From Podarcis melisellensis (Eukaryota): a stretch of 64,000 nt of DNA. This document shows positions 51,394 through 64,000 of the stretch, one piece after another (position 1 is the stretch's first letter; every line of letters starts with the position of its first letter). The notes beneath the pieces are model-generated. The model was given only the letters and a program-made list of their open reading frames with translations. It ran no database searches and had not been told where the DNA came from. The translations under genes and the position numbers were made by a program. The stretch lies in the NCBI GenBank assembly GCA_964234715.1, contig OZ174280.1. One strand, written 5' to 3'.

Positions 51394-54300
51394 ATAGTTG
51401 TTTTAATGCAAAAGGCTGGGAGACACTGGACTCGATTACTGTGATACAAACAGCATCAGCAATAGAGTAATCGCCTCAATTCAGACATAACAGCAATTCA
51501 TTGTTTGTCATTATGAGAATTAGCCAAGTGTCAGGCTTGCTAGTTCCTCCTTCCCCTTCCTTTCTCCACTGAACACAAGGGGTGCAGATTTGAAGCTTTT
51601 ACTTCAAATTTGTGCTAAACCATACGTTTTCATTTCATCTAAATGTGGCAAGCTATGGTTTATGGAACCCATAATTTACAATAAAACTAGGATCTCAAAT
51701 GAGAATCTAGCTGTGGTTTGGTATTCCAATTTGATTGTAAACAACGGTTTGCATGCAACAGTTTGCCACATTCTGTTGAAATGACAAACTATGGTTTGCT
51801 GCAAATCAGAAGGAAAAATTTCTAATTCACCGCTCCCCAGATTTCTTCTACAGAAATTGTTACAAGAAAGCCTTTTTAGACTGCTATGATTGCTCTTGGG
51901 CTAATTCAAATTACCAGCAACATAACAAATGCATAGATGCTATACAACAAATCCAGGAAAAATGTGTCTAGAAATAAGATTCTGAACCATTATTTAAATT
52001 CTCCACTCTTCCTCAAAGCAGTTTTGCAAATTCTAAGAAAAATCCAAATTTAGTGTGGGAAGCACTTTCAGAGTTCAAAAGTTGCAGTGCATTCACTAGC
52101 TATTGTCAACCAGAACATTATCCCCTTCCCCCCCCTTAATACAGTATGGGAAGAAATATCTGATAACATTATCAGCAAGTGCTATATATAACATACCCGG
52201 AACCTGCCCACTTATAGAAATATGGAAAGTGATTCATTTTTAAAATGTGTATTCAGGGAAATACTTTTCCCACATATTGCCATTCAGAAGATAAAAAGCA
52301 ACAGTTCATTAAATACTGTGAGAGACTGAGCTGAATTTGGGGGTCTTTCTGGAAACGTTACAGAATATTAAGAGTCAGCTTTGTTTTGCACTCACTTCCC
52401 AGAGGGCTACTGAACTTTCACTTAGCTTGACGGATATTTCACAAAGAGTATTTTATCCTATTACAAGTCTGCAAGTTGTGGCATTTTCCTACGGAGGGTC
52501 GTTTGTTGATTACAGCAGTGATGGGAAAGGCTGTGCATCTCTAGCTCATTTCTTGCAGTTTTCAGGAGGCTATTGGATGCCTCTGTTTTATAGGTTTCCC
52601 TATCAATAAGAAGTATTTAAGCCTGATTAATAGTATATCAAGTTGCAGAGAAGTTCTTACGTTGTGCAAGCTGATCGCCTTACAGAAGAATGGATTATTA
52701 TTACGAAAGCTAACAAAGGATATAAAAATTCAATTAAAAGTATTCACATTCTGTCTTCTTTCTTTCAAATGCACGTAACTGCTTATTTTTGTAACAAAGC
52801 ACATTCCCATAACTCTCCAACAGTTGGGAGATTTTGTTGGTCTTCATTCCCTGGTATATTCAACCGTAAAGACTGTTACCATGTAGGAAACCTTTTCTCT
52901 AGAAAGCACTATTTCCTTAGCATAAATGAAAAGAAATAATTGTAGAACATATTGTAGATTATCCTCTAAAAACTTCTACATTATAGTCTTAATTGTACAT
53001 TAATATCTCATTGCAAAAATACTTATCTTCTGGGCAGTGCAGTTCTGTCATGGGGAGGCAGGGAAGAGACTGCACAGCAGAGCAACTGTTGTATCCACAG
53101 CCCTGTCAGCATCTGCCTGAAGTCACTCAATGAGTTTTATTGCCAAGCCCTTATTGAAGTCAACAACTGGCAGCCTTGTCCAATACCCCTAAGAACTTTT
53201 GCTAGTCTTAATAAAAACTCTCTCTCTCTCTCTCTTTTCGCTTCCCTCAGAATGGATGGGTATTTTGATCAAGCAGCATCAATGGTTGAACAAAATGGTC
53301 CCCTCACCGCATTTATTCTGTAAGCAGTGCAACAGGAGAGGTGGTGTCTTCTGGACAGAGGGTCATGAAGGGCAGAAAAATAAGGGACTTACCCGAGGTA
53401 GCAAACAAAGCTCTTCCCAGCAGGCTGCTGGCAGCCATTTTCTTCTGCCAGAATCTATCTGGGAACGACAGTAGGTGATGACAAAGTGTCATTCCCACGA
53501 GACTTCTGGGATGAAAATGGCGACTGCTATACCAAAGTACTGCATTATCACATAAGGTTGTTTTCATATGGGTTCTAGGATAAGAAAAGGTGATCTTCCA
53601 ACCAGAGACCACTGGAAATAATTCTGTTCTACTGCTGTGAAACTGCCAAGGAAAAGCGGGCAAGCAAAGGGAAATGCCAGGGTGCTAGGGGTGTGCCTAC
53701 CGACCCCAAGTGGCCTGGGTGTTTCCTAAAAGGCTAGAAAAGGTCAGGAAGGACATAAAACCTGCAAGGCTTCTTTTAGGGGCAAGGAACCTAATTTGGG
53801 AGTGGGGTTAGTCTGGAACCTGGTTAGAAGCTAGGAGAGATAATGTGGGGTGCTGGTGGTGGTGGAGCCATGGGGGTTCTTTCCCCCTCTTGAGCCTTTC
53901 CCCCTCTTGAGCTGTTGTTTTAAGCTAGCATCAGTCCAGCCTGCTCGCCCAAAAGCCAGTTCTTCTCTACTTGTTTAGTGCAAATTTGGTATACCCTAAC
54001 CTGAAAAACATGTCAAGTTTCAAAAAAGGGAGAAAATTATACTTAATGGACCTGTGAGTGGGCAGATACATAGCGAGCCAATCAACACAATATACAAGAA
54101 GCTGGATGCTAATGTAAAATAAAAACTTGAGAGCTGCTTAAAATCTGAAATTATTATGGCAAGCAAGGTAGTGGTGGTGAAAATGATTGCCTATCAAGCA
54201 ATTGTTTTCCTGATTTACAGTCTAGCTCTTATTGCATTGAAAGAATGGCAATCTATTACAAATAAGTACATTTAAAGGTAAAAATAAACCTCAAGTAAGT

Positions 54301-55466
54301 AAAGCAATCTACTTTGCAAAAGATCCAGCAGTGCCAAACACAAACAGTTACTGGCATGTTAGTCAACTTTGAAACCTGTTAATATTGGATAAAATTGTGT
54401 CACAAACATATATTTGAGAATCAGAAAGAGAGAGAGAGATGGAGACAGAGAGAATGAATTACTATTATTGCCTAAAAACTTGAATGGGTTAAAAAATGAT
54501 GATTAATTTTAAAATATAAAAACTTATATTATTATTATTTATTAAATTGGTATACCACCCCATACACACAGGTATTTAGTTGAAAAATAACTAAATTATA
54601 AATACTAAGTTTCTCATAATCATCTAGTTGACATTAAGTAATGAGGCTACAGGCATGCTCGTCCTCCCTTGAATTTATCAACTAGCCTGGTTGCTCTAGG
54701 CAACAAGGAATTCCATGCAGGGAAGTGAGTGGGATGGCCAATGGTGGAAGAACTACTGTACATCTCCTTTGCCAAACCCAAGGAGCCTATTGAGGTTTTC
54801 TCTCTTTTTTTTGCAAACTCATAATTTGGGGTGGTTTAGTTACAGTGGTGTGTTAACTCTACAGTCAATCTCTATCCGCATGTCTTCTACCCGATAAAGA
54901 TGGCTTTTATATGTAAATGAAAAACCAAGCTGATCGTTTCTCACTAATGAAGATTTACACTCCACCTACCAAACATAGGCATTTTATCTTCGCCAGATGA
55001 AAATAAACTGCTCTAGTCTGCACAGTAACAATGAGTCCTGCTTTGATCTATCAGCCATAAGCACTTCATTTTTGTTTGCTACTCCCCCCTCCTGTTGCCC
55101 CGTGCGAGTGCAGCTGGGCCAAGTGAAGAAGAAGGAGCAATACTGGAAAGAAGAATTGAAGTCCACATTGTACGGGTGTGAAGGTTCCTACATTTCTATC
55201 CTTAGGATACAGCCATAAACACAGTTACTTGGAGAAAGTCCCTTTGAAGTCAAGGCTACTTGCTTCTAAGTAAACACGCAGGCTTGTGCTGTTAACCTTG
55301 CAAACCGTCATCTGCATAGATTCAGAAAGAATCTATACGGAAATATTTTAAAGAGATTCTTTCTATTGGTAAAGGAAAACATGGAAAATGCATATTGTTT
55401 GACTATGGGAGGCAAGGCCTGGTTGCAAAACTGAAACAATAGTACAGTATAATTAATACTCTGTTT

Positions 55467-55601
55467 CAGACACAGGGAAGCTCTTGTTCTCCAAACATGG
55501 TTGGACTTCAGCTCTCATCAGCCCCAGCTGGTATGGCCAATGGTCAGGGATGATGGGCACTGGGGTCTAACATCCAGAGGGGTACATTTCCCCTATTCTT
55601 G
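55467..55601. mobile_element. Degraded palindromic MITE, same family as 7671-7804
   Basis: ggacttcagctctcatcagccccagc...atggccaatggtcagggatgatggg core. Confidence 0.6.
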
Positions 55602-57070
55602 CTTTAACTAGGTGTAAATGAACATGGTCTACTGGTCAGATCTGCATCACAGTTTAGGAAATATGAGATGAAATATAAATGGGAAACTTAATTCAATGAC
55701 AGCCTTTTTCTTGCTTATTTAAATAATTTGAATCACCTTGGTTTAAACCAGTCGACCCTGTCTAAAATTAGCAAATGAATGCCAAGAGTGATGCTTAGCC
55801 ATTGGTACCTTCAAACAACCTGCTGGATAAAGGTATCTTTTAGGCCCAAATGATGCAACCAACTATTTTGAAAAACAATGCAGGATATATATGTTACCCC
55901 TGAACTGCTTTTCTGCAGCACACTCATTATTTAAAAATAATACAACTAAATCCATCATTCTTGAATATAAATACTGAATTTAACACCAATAAAACACAAT
56001 GGAAACGTTAATACATAAGACAGCACTGTTATTTAAAAATGTGGCTGGGGTAAAAAGGAAACACATTCAAATCATTTGAATACATTTGATGAACAACAAA
56101 GGTTATTAAAAGCTCATTCTTCCAGTATTTGCACTGAAAAAAGTACTTAATAGAAGCTTAAAGGAAAGCTGACTATAGAATAAAATCGAGAGGTTTTGCA
56201 TAAAAGCTGCTTTGCAATTTCTGTTATCAGCTGTTCCTTTGAAACACACAATCCTTTTAAAATGTCTTTTATAGTAGGGAAATCTGTATTCTCACATAGC
56301 AGGAGAAATAATTTATGGTAAATCATTTCACAAAGGAGAAGCAGCGGGAAATGACGTGGAATCTTTTATCAATGTTATCTTGCACCTTCTGAAAAAGAGA
56401 GTATGCCTACAGTACAGGGACAGGCTAGGGTCTGAGGAAAGAAATGAAGACTTGAAATGTTTCACATGAGGCAGAGATGCAAAGGACAGGCAGCATGAGG
56501 CACTTGTACTTATTTATTTCATAAAATTTATACTCGACTTGATTGTTAAAAACTCCAGGTGGTTGTACGTCCTGTCACCCCCAGCATCAATGTCACTCCA
56601 AAAGCTGTTGTGTGGATATTCTACATCATGTGACTAACGTCATGTGGAGATGTCTTCTGAATCCAGTGGAAAGCCCACATTTCTCAGATCTTCTCCTGAT
56701 GTGTCGTCAGTACTGGCAGGGGAAGCAACAACTGGAGTGGAGCCAATGGGTGCTCTCCTACTCCACACAATTTTAATCGCACAATTTAGAACTCCCACAT
56801 AGAACTTCACAAGTAGTTTTGATAAGGATTTTATATGGCAATGGGACATGATTAAGAGAGCTACTTTTGTGGGACAGGGAGGGGGCATATTTAAGAGGAT
56901 GCAAATGATTATTTCTCAATTTGCAGCAGGCCAAGACCTCACACATCAAAGGCTGATTTTTATATAGGCGTGTGTGGATTCTGAAATACTCGTGAATGCT
57001 GCTCCTATGTCCAGCTTGGCAGGGCACACCTCTCTCACCCCAGTTACACTGGCATCATGTTCTCACTTAC

Positions 57071-57244
57071 CTTCATTCAGTGGAAGTGGTGACTCCCCCG
57101 TGGCAGGCTCACCTTCCCCAATCTGTGTCCTGCCACGCAGGTTGAATCTATAGCGTGATATGGGGTCCGTCCTCTGGAGTATAAACTTTGTCTGATTAGG
57201 AGAGAAGTTTTCCACCATTGTTCTGCCACTTTTGGATCCATTAA
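57071..57244 (-). CDS. NFASC: Neurofascin exon, FNIII-4 second half
   Basis: ccag|TT AAT GGA...AAT GAA G|gtaagt. 174 nt, phase 1->1. [58 protein letters not shown]. Confidence 0.96.
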
Positions 57245-57959
57245 CTGGAGAGAGAGGCAGGCTGTGTAGGCTTCAGTCTTATTTTGAGAAACATGCTATA
57301 CTATGCATCTCACCACTTCTCAGTCTAGGATTACACCTGACAAAAGCACTGGCTGTGTTCAAAATGGGGCATGTTCATTTTAGAGGACTTTTAAGCAAAA
57401 ACGGCTGGGGAATGTTATGCATTCAAGAAGGAAGAACTTTAATTAAGCTAATTAAACTTTTAGCTGCCATGTAGGCCAAAGATAAAACACCATGTTAGTT
57501 TTGCAGGGGCTTTCAAGTCAGGGATTTGTTATGGCGGAGAGCTTTTGCACTAATTATTTGAGCAAAAATTACATTGTTCATGCATTTCCTAACAGTTTGG
57601 GGCAGGAGATTTTAGGAAGTTAGATGCATGCTTGTTCAAATTCTATCAAGGGGTGGGAAGGAGGTACATTTTCAGGTGCCACTGGCCATATTCTTGGAAA
57701 TATCTTCTTATGTAAATAACATTCAACTAAAGAATCAAAATGATGAGTAAGAAAATTTGTCACATGTACCTGTTAGTGATTATTATGAAATCCTCCTGCA
57801 CTAAGATATGCAATTCAACTCCCAAAGTAATTCTAATTCCTGAATTCCTGATTTCCCCTCCACTGATTTATTAGTATTGTTTTTTCTAATTCCAGATAAA
57901 TTAGATTCTAAATCCTGGTTAATAAAGAGACAACAAACAAAAACAAGCACAGGACATAC

Positions 57960-58082
57960 AGGCTTGGTATCTAAGGGTGTATCCAATAAGAATGCCATTG
58001 GGGTGTTCAGGGTGTTCCCATTCCATAGTGATGGTTTCCAGGTTTGGTTGGCGGATTCGGAAATACCTTGGGGGACTGGGTG
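57960..58082 (-). CDS. NFASC: Neurofascin exon, FNIII-4 first half
   Basis: tgaag|CA CCC AGT...CAA GCC T|gtatg. 123 nt, phase 1->1. [41 protein letters not shown]. Confidence 0.96.
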
Positions 58083-59211
58083 CTTCAGGGAAAGATGGGT
58101 CCGAGAGAGAAAAGGGAAGAGGAAAAAGACGTATAAGGTAAGGTAACTTAGAAGGTAGAATGGTCAAGAGTATGCATATAGAAAAGTTTGAGTCTGGTGG
58201 CACGGAGAACTTGGTAGGAGCTGTACAAGATGCAGTTTCAGTGCAACACAATCATGCCTGCATATCCATTAACAGGAACCTATCCAACTGTTTCACAGTT
58301 GTGCAAATTTAGTCATTGGTGCACGTGTTGTGCTTCCTTCTGTGGGCTAAGCCACTCCTATGAGCTTGCCTATTACCAAATGCAGTTTTCATATAATTAA
58401 AAACCTATAGTTCTTACCCTTGCCTGGAACTGTACAGATAACCTAATATGTAAGTGGATTTCATCATTCTATCTCTTTGGGATGGTGCCTTCTTGGCCCA
58501 TTTGCTTTCATCACAGCTAAAGTCCCTCACCATAACCAGCTCTGTTTCCTATGCTCAAAGCACACAAAGCTTATCTGAGCACAAATCACAACACTCAACT
58601 TTGAGCAACAGGAGCCACATTTTATCCATGATGCTTCATGCAACCAAAGCCAAGGCCATCTAAGTCCTATTGATGTGAGAGTTGAGCAGTGGGGACTCGC
58701 AAGCAGGGTACTGCAGTATGTAGGAAGAGGATGCTGGGGAAAGATCCTCTCCTGCCATGCCCTTTACGGGCAGGTATATGGGACAGAGAGTAAAAAAAGA
58801 CAGCTTCACAAATGATGTCAAGAAAATTGCTTTTATAAAGGTAGTTTCCGTACATGCTTCTTAAAAAGACTGCTTGGAAGGAAATTTCCTTGATAAAGGA
58901 GATTTGCTCAAAATGCATTAGGAACTCAATCATTTGTGAAGCTGTTTCTTTGTGTGGGTGTTTGGTCTTTTCCTACAGATGTTTTTAATCCTCCTTTGCC
59001 TGCTGCCTGGATGAGATCCACATATGTGTGGAACTGTTGACTGACCCCAAGGGATGCAGGGCTCTCACCTCCCTGCATCACAATGAAATGGAATGGATTT
59101 TTTAAATGCCTTTCCAATATGCAGCTGGTTAGAGTTTTATGCTGAAACTTCCAGGGCTTACCAGTATAATTCTATGCATAGCAAAAGAGCATTTAGCAAG
59201 TAGGTAAGTAT

Positions 59212-59562
59212 GGGACACGGGTGGCGCTGTGGGTTAAACCACAGAGCCTAGGACTTGCCAATCGAAAGGCCAGCGGTTCGAATCTCTGTGACGGGGTGAG
59301 CTCCCATTGCTCGGTCCCTGGTCCTGCCAATCTAGCAGTTTGAAAGGACGTCAGAGTGCAAGTAGATAAATAGGTACTGCTCCGGCGGGAAGGTAAACGG
59401 CATTTCCGTGCACAGCTCTGGTTCACCAGAAGCGGCTTAGTCATGCTGGCCACATGACCCGGAAGCTGTACGCCGGCTCCCTCAGCCAATAAAGCGAGAT
59501 GAGCACCGCAACCCCAGAGTCAGTCACGACTGGACCTAATGGTCAGGGGTGCCTTTACCTTT
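59212..59562 (+). mobile_element. Full-length Sauria SINE
   Basis: gggacacgggtggcgctgtgggttaaacc...ggttcgaatc (B box)...cctttaccttt. Highly similar to 39470-39812. Confidence 0.95.
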
Positions 59563-60575
59563 TAAGTGCACTCAAGCAGTGGACCCAGTTCAAGCTTCTG
59601 TGTGATACATATAACTGCACAATTTGGCTCACTAACAAGGCAGAAATCAGATTTCATTCAATCCAGTTACCAAAACCAGCAACAGCTGGGGGGGGGGGAC
59701 CCCAGGATTTCACTTTCTAAAAATTACAACTGGAATGAATTCTTGGAAGAATCTTCAAGAACAAAGATATCTCTCTGGTGTGCAATTCTGTGGTTTTAAG
59801 TATCTCTAGAATCATAAAGGCGCTGGTGCTTATCAGTCAAAGCATGGTCCATTAGAGTGATATGAGATGGCAACTGTAAACATTAAAGAAGCTTTCACTG
59901 CTAGTTATGAGAACTGATGAAAAGCTATTGATCTAGCTGTGAAAGCAAATACAGGCAGTACTCTCAATTCTACCATAAAATCTATCCTTGAGTATGTTAA
60001 GAATCAGATGGAATTTGTAGAGTTAGGTAGTAATTGCAACATAAAACCCTTCCATAGATCATACTGCCACGTGCGGCAATGGATCTCATGACTGTTCCAA
60101 TTTTACAGAATAAAGCTAAGAGAGACTTGTCTGAGAATACTTAAGAGGACAAACAGGAGAGCTAGAAATAAAACCTGGTGTCAAAAGTCAGTGCATCGTG
60201 CTCTGCCTAACTCACCCATTTTCAGTTAGTTTCCTTGTGCATTCATTTGTCTATCATAATCTATTATGTATTATGAGTCTGAAGCTGGTGAAAAACAATC
60301 CCATGAATCAGAACAGTCTCAGTCCTTAGGGCTTCACTGTGTTGACTCTTGCCTTGCTCCACACTGCAGGAGCACACAGTAATCTGGCAGCTGAAGCCAG
60401 CCTAACTATTCATTTCAAGTGGAAAATCCTTTTTGAAGTCTTTATCAGGGCTGATGACATAGAACCTAAGGAACTCTAAGGCTCTCAATAAGACCGTGTT
60501 CTGTTCTACTTTCTTATTTCACACATAAAAGGATGGGATTCTGCCAAGCTGGGCCAATATTATGCAGAGACCTAC

Positions 60576-60780
60576 CTCCTTCAGGCATTGTGAACTCCAG
60601 AGTTTCACTTCGAGGCCCATCTCCTCTCCCGTTGACTACAACCATCTCCAGTTTGTAGTTGCTGTAAGGAAACAGTCGGGACACTATGCCCCGTGTCCGG
60701 TCTCCAGTAAAACCCATAGACTGCTTTTTCTTAGAGACCCATAGATTCTTCAGCAAACTACTTTCTCTCCAGAAGTAGGC
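60576..60780 (-). CDS. NFASC: Neurofascin exon, FNIII-3 second half with RGD (NF155-type alternative exon)
   Basis: tgaag|GCC TAC TTC...GAA GGA G|gtagg. 205 nt, phase 0->1. AYFWRESSLLKNLWVSKKKQSMGFTGDRTRGIVSRLFPYSNYKLEMVVVNGRGDGPRSETLEFTMPEG. Confidence 0.97.
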
Positions 60781-61156
60781 CTTCAAGAAACATGCAAGGT
60801 GAGTGATGTTTTCCCCATTTGAGTGTTAACTGGATTTCAAGGACAAAGTCACTATGGATCTTCTTCCACACAAGGATTAGTTCGATCTCACCAACCATTC
60901 CACAGGAGAGGAGGAAGTCAATACTGTTTATTGCTCATTTTACAGATGGGGAGACTGAGACATATGGAAGCTGACTTTTGGTCAAGACCATTTAGGCAGA
61001 TTATGCAGTGGCTATCAAAAACTGCCCCCTCAGCAAAGACCAGGCTTCTAGGCTTCAAACTGCAGTCTTCCCTCATCTCTCACTGATTATTATTATTATT
61101 ATTAGCAGTAGTAGTAGTAGTAGGATGAAATTTTAATTTGTCAAGAATCACTCATG

Positions 61157-61159
<3 letters not shown>

Positions 61160-61193
<34 letters not shown>
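61160..61193. repeat. (TA)n microsatellite, with (TAT)n/(TAG)n at about 61086-61122
   Basis: Read directly from the sequence. Confidence 0.95.
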
Positions 61194-61195
<2 letters not shown>

Positions 61196-61750
61196 CCAGA
61201 CTCCAGTACAGAGGCAGAAACAAAACAAAATATACCCTATGAATGAAAATTCTCAGAGCTGAGAAATGTGCAAATGCTTCAAATATATATTATTATTTAT
61301 TTTATTTATTAGATTTATATCCCACCCCTTATCCAAAGATCCCAGGGCAGTGATATAAATCAATTTTGAAAGAAAGTATTTCGCTGCTGATTTGTGTGAA
61401 TTTTTGCTTGCTTTCTGTTTGGTAAGACAGAAAACAGAGAGAGAAAAAACATGAAATTGAGGACAGAACATGTTTGGCTTTCTGGAGACATTTTTTATTA
61501 TCCCTGAGCACAATCCTTGAATTCTGACTAGGCCGAAACAGAACTTTACTGTATTGATTAATGACATGCTAAATACACACTGGGGATGACACAGAAGTCA
61601 GGGGAAACTGCTCTAGGAGCTGATTTTCTTAACCACATTAAAAACAGTTTGTTGGTTTTGTTTTGCAAGCAGAAAGACCTCATAAGATAGCAGCTACTTG
61701 GAACTCTCTGTTTCTAACTGACTGAGCAATAACTGGATGTTCACAACTAG

Positions 61751-61972
61751 GGGTGCTTCCAGACAGGCTGCTCATTCAGAAAAATATATATGTTATCTCA
61801 CACCTTCTAGTACAATTACTCTGTTACTTTACTCACTGAAAAAGAAAAGTACCGGTAATTGACAAGTGTTCTAGAAAGTATGGAGTAACAGCCACTATCC
61901 GGCAACATTCTAGAACCTCCATACAAACATATCAGCATGAATGCTCAATGAACACCTGGTCTAGAAGTTCCC
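61751..61972. mobile_element. PIF/Harbinger-like MITE, 3-bp TSD TAG
   Basis: TIRs gggtgcttccagac / gtctagaagttccc, flanked by TAG (61748-61750, 61973-61975). Confidence 0.6.
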
Positions 61973-62817
61973 TAGAGATGTCTAAAATGTATAGTGTGTA
62001 CTTTGGATATGATTGGCTAGGAAGGTACCTGATGTGTTGCCCTATGCATGATCAGAATGTTACATGGCTTCTAATGCTTATGGGAAGCACATTTTTGACT
62101 TCCAAATGGTAGAAAAATATCTCTCAATAGCACAACTTTAGAACATGAAATAGAACAGGTTAAAAAAATGTGCCAGTCCATAAGAACGGAGAATCTAAAT
62201 TGTAATAAACGCAAAGATCAAATTTATTTTTGCACATAAAGTCTTTGAAATGAAGACTTTTTTTGCTTTCAATTCAAGGCTAAGTACAAACTCATGATTT
62301 TGAATCAGGAAGAAGCCAATTAACATTCAAAAGATCAAAACAGGCTTTCTTCAAAATAGGGGATGAAGAATTGCTAAAATTGAACTTGGATTGGATTCCC
62401 TATTGAAAAAGAGCAATTTAAAAAAATGCTTTGTCTCTCTGGTCTCCCTCATTCCCCCAGCCCTACCCCCCCTCCCAAGCAACCCTTCAAAACAAATCAC
62501 AGAATTATTTTTTTGGTGGATTCTTGGAGGAAACCACATTTGGCACACTAATTTAAAACTGCTTAAATTTCAAGGAAAAGGCTAGTCTCCTTGTCTAAAC
62601 TCTTTGAAGTGGGTGGAGAGGATATATACAACTGGTAATAATATTTTGGTTTCTGTATCTCAGCAATGCCCTTACATCTGTACTTTATCACCCGCCCACC
62701 AACACAACTGCAAATACTTATTGTCTACATAATAATAGTCTTCAATGCCATTTTAGCAATTTCTGGGTGTTTCATGTCATCTCCATTGTGTAAAAGACAA
62801 TGTAACCATCAGTCATC

Positions 62818-62866
62818 ATTAGTGTTGGGTGTTAGCCACATTAATGTGATTGGGTTTGGGTTTTGC
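62818..62866 (-). promoter_or_regulatory. Candidate Quaking (QKI) response element in the intron after the first FNIII-3 exon
   Basis: Sense intron reads gtgagcaaaacccaaacccaatcacATTAATgtggCTAACacccaacACTAAT, i.e. an ACUAAY core plus UAAY half-sites. Confidence 0.65.
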
Positions 62867-62870
62867 TCAC

Positions 62871-62986
62871 TCTGTATTCCTTAAGTTGTCCCTGGACGGT
62901 TTCCGGGTACACTCTACTCCATTGCAGGCTGATTGCTGTGCTGTTTACAACTTTGAGTCTAATATCAGTGGGAGCGGCCTTAGGAT
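62871..62986 (-). CDS. NFASC: Neurofascin exon, FNIII-3 first half (NF155-type alternative exon)
   Basis: ttag|AT CCT AAG...GAA TAC AGA|gtgag. 116 nt, phase 1->0. Translates xPKAAPTDIRLKVVNSTAISLQWSRVYPETVQGQLKEYR, matching neurofascin FNIII-3. Confidence 0.95.
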
Positions 62987-63923
62987 CTAAGTTGCCAAGA
63001 ATAAAGCAAAGGAGATATTAAGCATACACAGAAATTTGAAGAAAATCCCCATTTCGCTCCCTAGATGCTGCAGTGGTTTACCCAAAGAAAATCATGTAAA
63101 CAGGAGGCTGCTCTTAAACATTGCTGCCATCATGTGGAGATATAAAGCAATTTCAAGTGCACATTTTTGACAAGCGTTTGCATGATGGCGGGATCCAATT
63201 TACTCTGGTGCCAGTTTCCTGTATTTCTCACATTTCTCTTTTCTGCCTACCTCACCAGTGCACTCACAATGCTACAGTGCCCTCATAGGTTTTCACAGTT
63301 CACCTGACAAACAGAAAACTGGCAACTCTAGAGATTTATACAAATGCCTTTTAAATTCAGAGGTGTTCGATTCACAACAAATCAAGTTCATGCTGTACCC
63401 ATAAAATCATTTACAACTGAAAGTCCCCACAAGCAGTAGTAAGCAATTTCAGATGGAGAAATGCCCATTTAAGAGGAGAACATCTCACAGCACAGGCGAG
63501 CAGCAGGTCTTAAATTTCAGCTTCAGAACTGTCTCTTTGAGAGATATTTGCAGAATATTGATATGGGAAATATTTCCATAGGAACCGCTGAGGTAAATTT
63601 CTTTATCCAGCAGTTGTTAATGCAGAAACATTTTGTCCATAGCTTTAAAGAGATTTGGTGGCCTGACAGAGACATGTTTGACTCCAGGTGTTGTTGAGCT
63701 GCAACTCCCTTTACCCTTGACCATTAAAAGCACTGAGATGGGCCAATGCACTTCAATAACACACCTGGAAGGTACCATGTCAGGTACCAGTGGTTTAGAC
63801 ACTTGCTGCTTCTCTCGGCACTTCTGTTCAAACAGATTTTACTGATTTTTGAAACAATCCCAAACCCCACCCCGGCAAAACCTGTTTATAAGATAGAATA
63901 GTGAGAAAGTATACATGTCATGA

Positions 63924-64000
63924 GGGACACAGGTGGCGCTGTGGGTTAAAGCCTCAGCGCCTAGAACTTGCCGATCGAAAGGTCGGCGGTTCGAATCCCT
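63924..64000 (+). mobile_element. Sauria SINE 5' end, cut by the window edge
   Basis: gggacacaggtggcgctgtgggttaaa...ggttcgaatccc. Confidence 0.9.

Noticed and set aside
39492-59489. Paralogous-looking ORFs MAEGAGVQLPGHV... at 39492-39737 and 59193-59489
   Set aside because: Antisense frames of two Sauria SINE copies.

Overview
Vertebrate genomic DNA from a squamate reptile, most likely a lacertid lizard, judged from Sauria SINE, Squam3-like SINE and CR1 content. The window holds the 3' half of neurofascin (NFASC, L1-CAM family) on the minus strand. I resolved 12 coding exons with GT-AG sites and compatible phases: two NF155-type FNIII-3 exons (with RGD), two FNIII-4 exons, a 15-nt microexon (VLPTS), the mucin-like PAT exon, two FNIII-5 exons, the transmembrane exon, a cytoplasmic exon, a 12-nt RSLE microexon, and the last exon (FIGQY...YSLA-stop, stop codon at 13131-13133). 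A probably long 3' UTR with several poly(A) signals follows. Introns and flanks carry SINEs, LINE fragments, MITEs and microsatellites. Nearly all ORF-track entries are spurious. I found no convincing new biological system. The most interesting signals are splicing-regulatory: two microexons, QKI and Rbfox motifs at the glial exons, recurrent TGAAG acceptors, and candidate cryptic exons. A degenerate Penelope-type hammerhead ribozyme is also present. Repeat family names and comparisons with mammalian NFASC come from recognition, not database searches.
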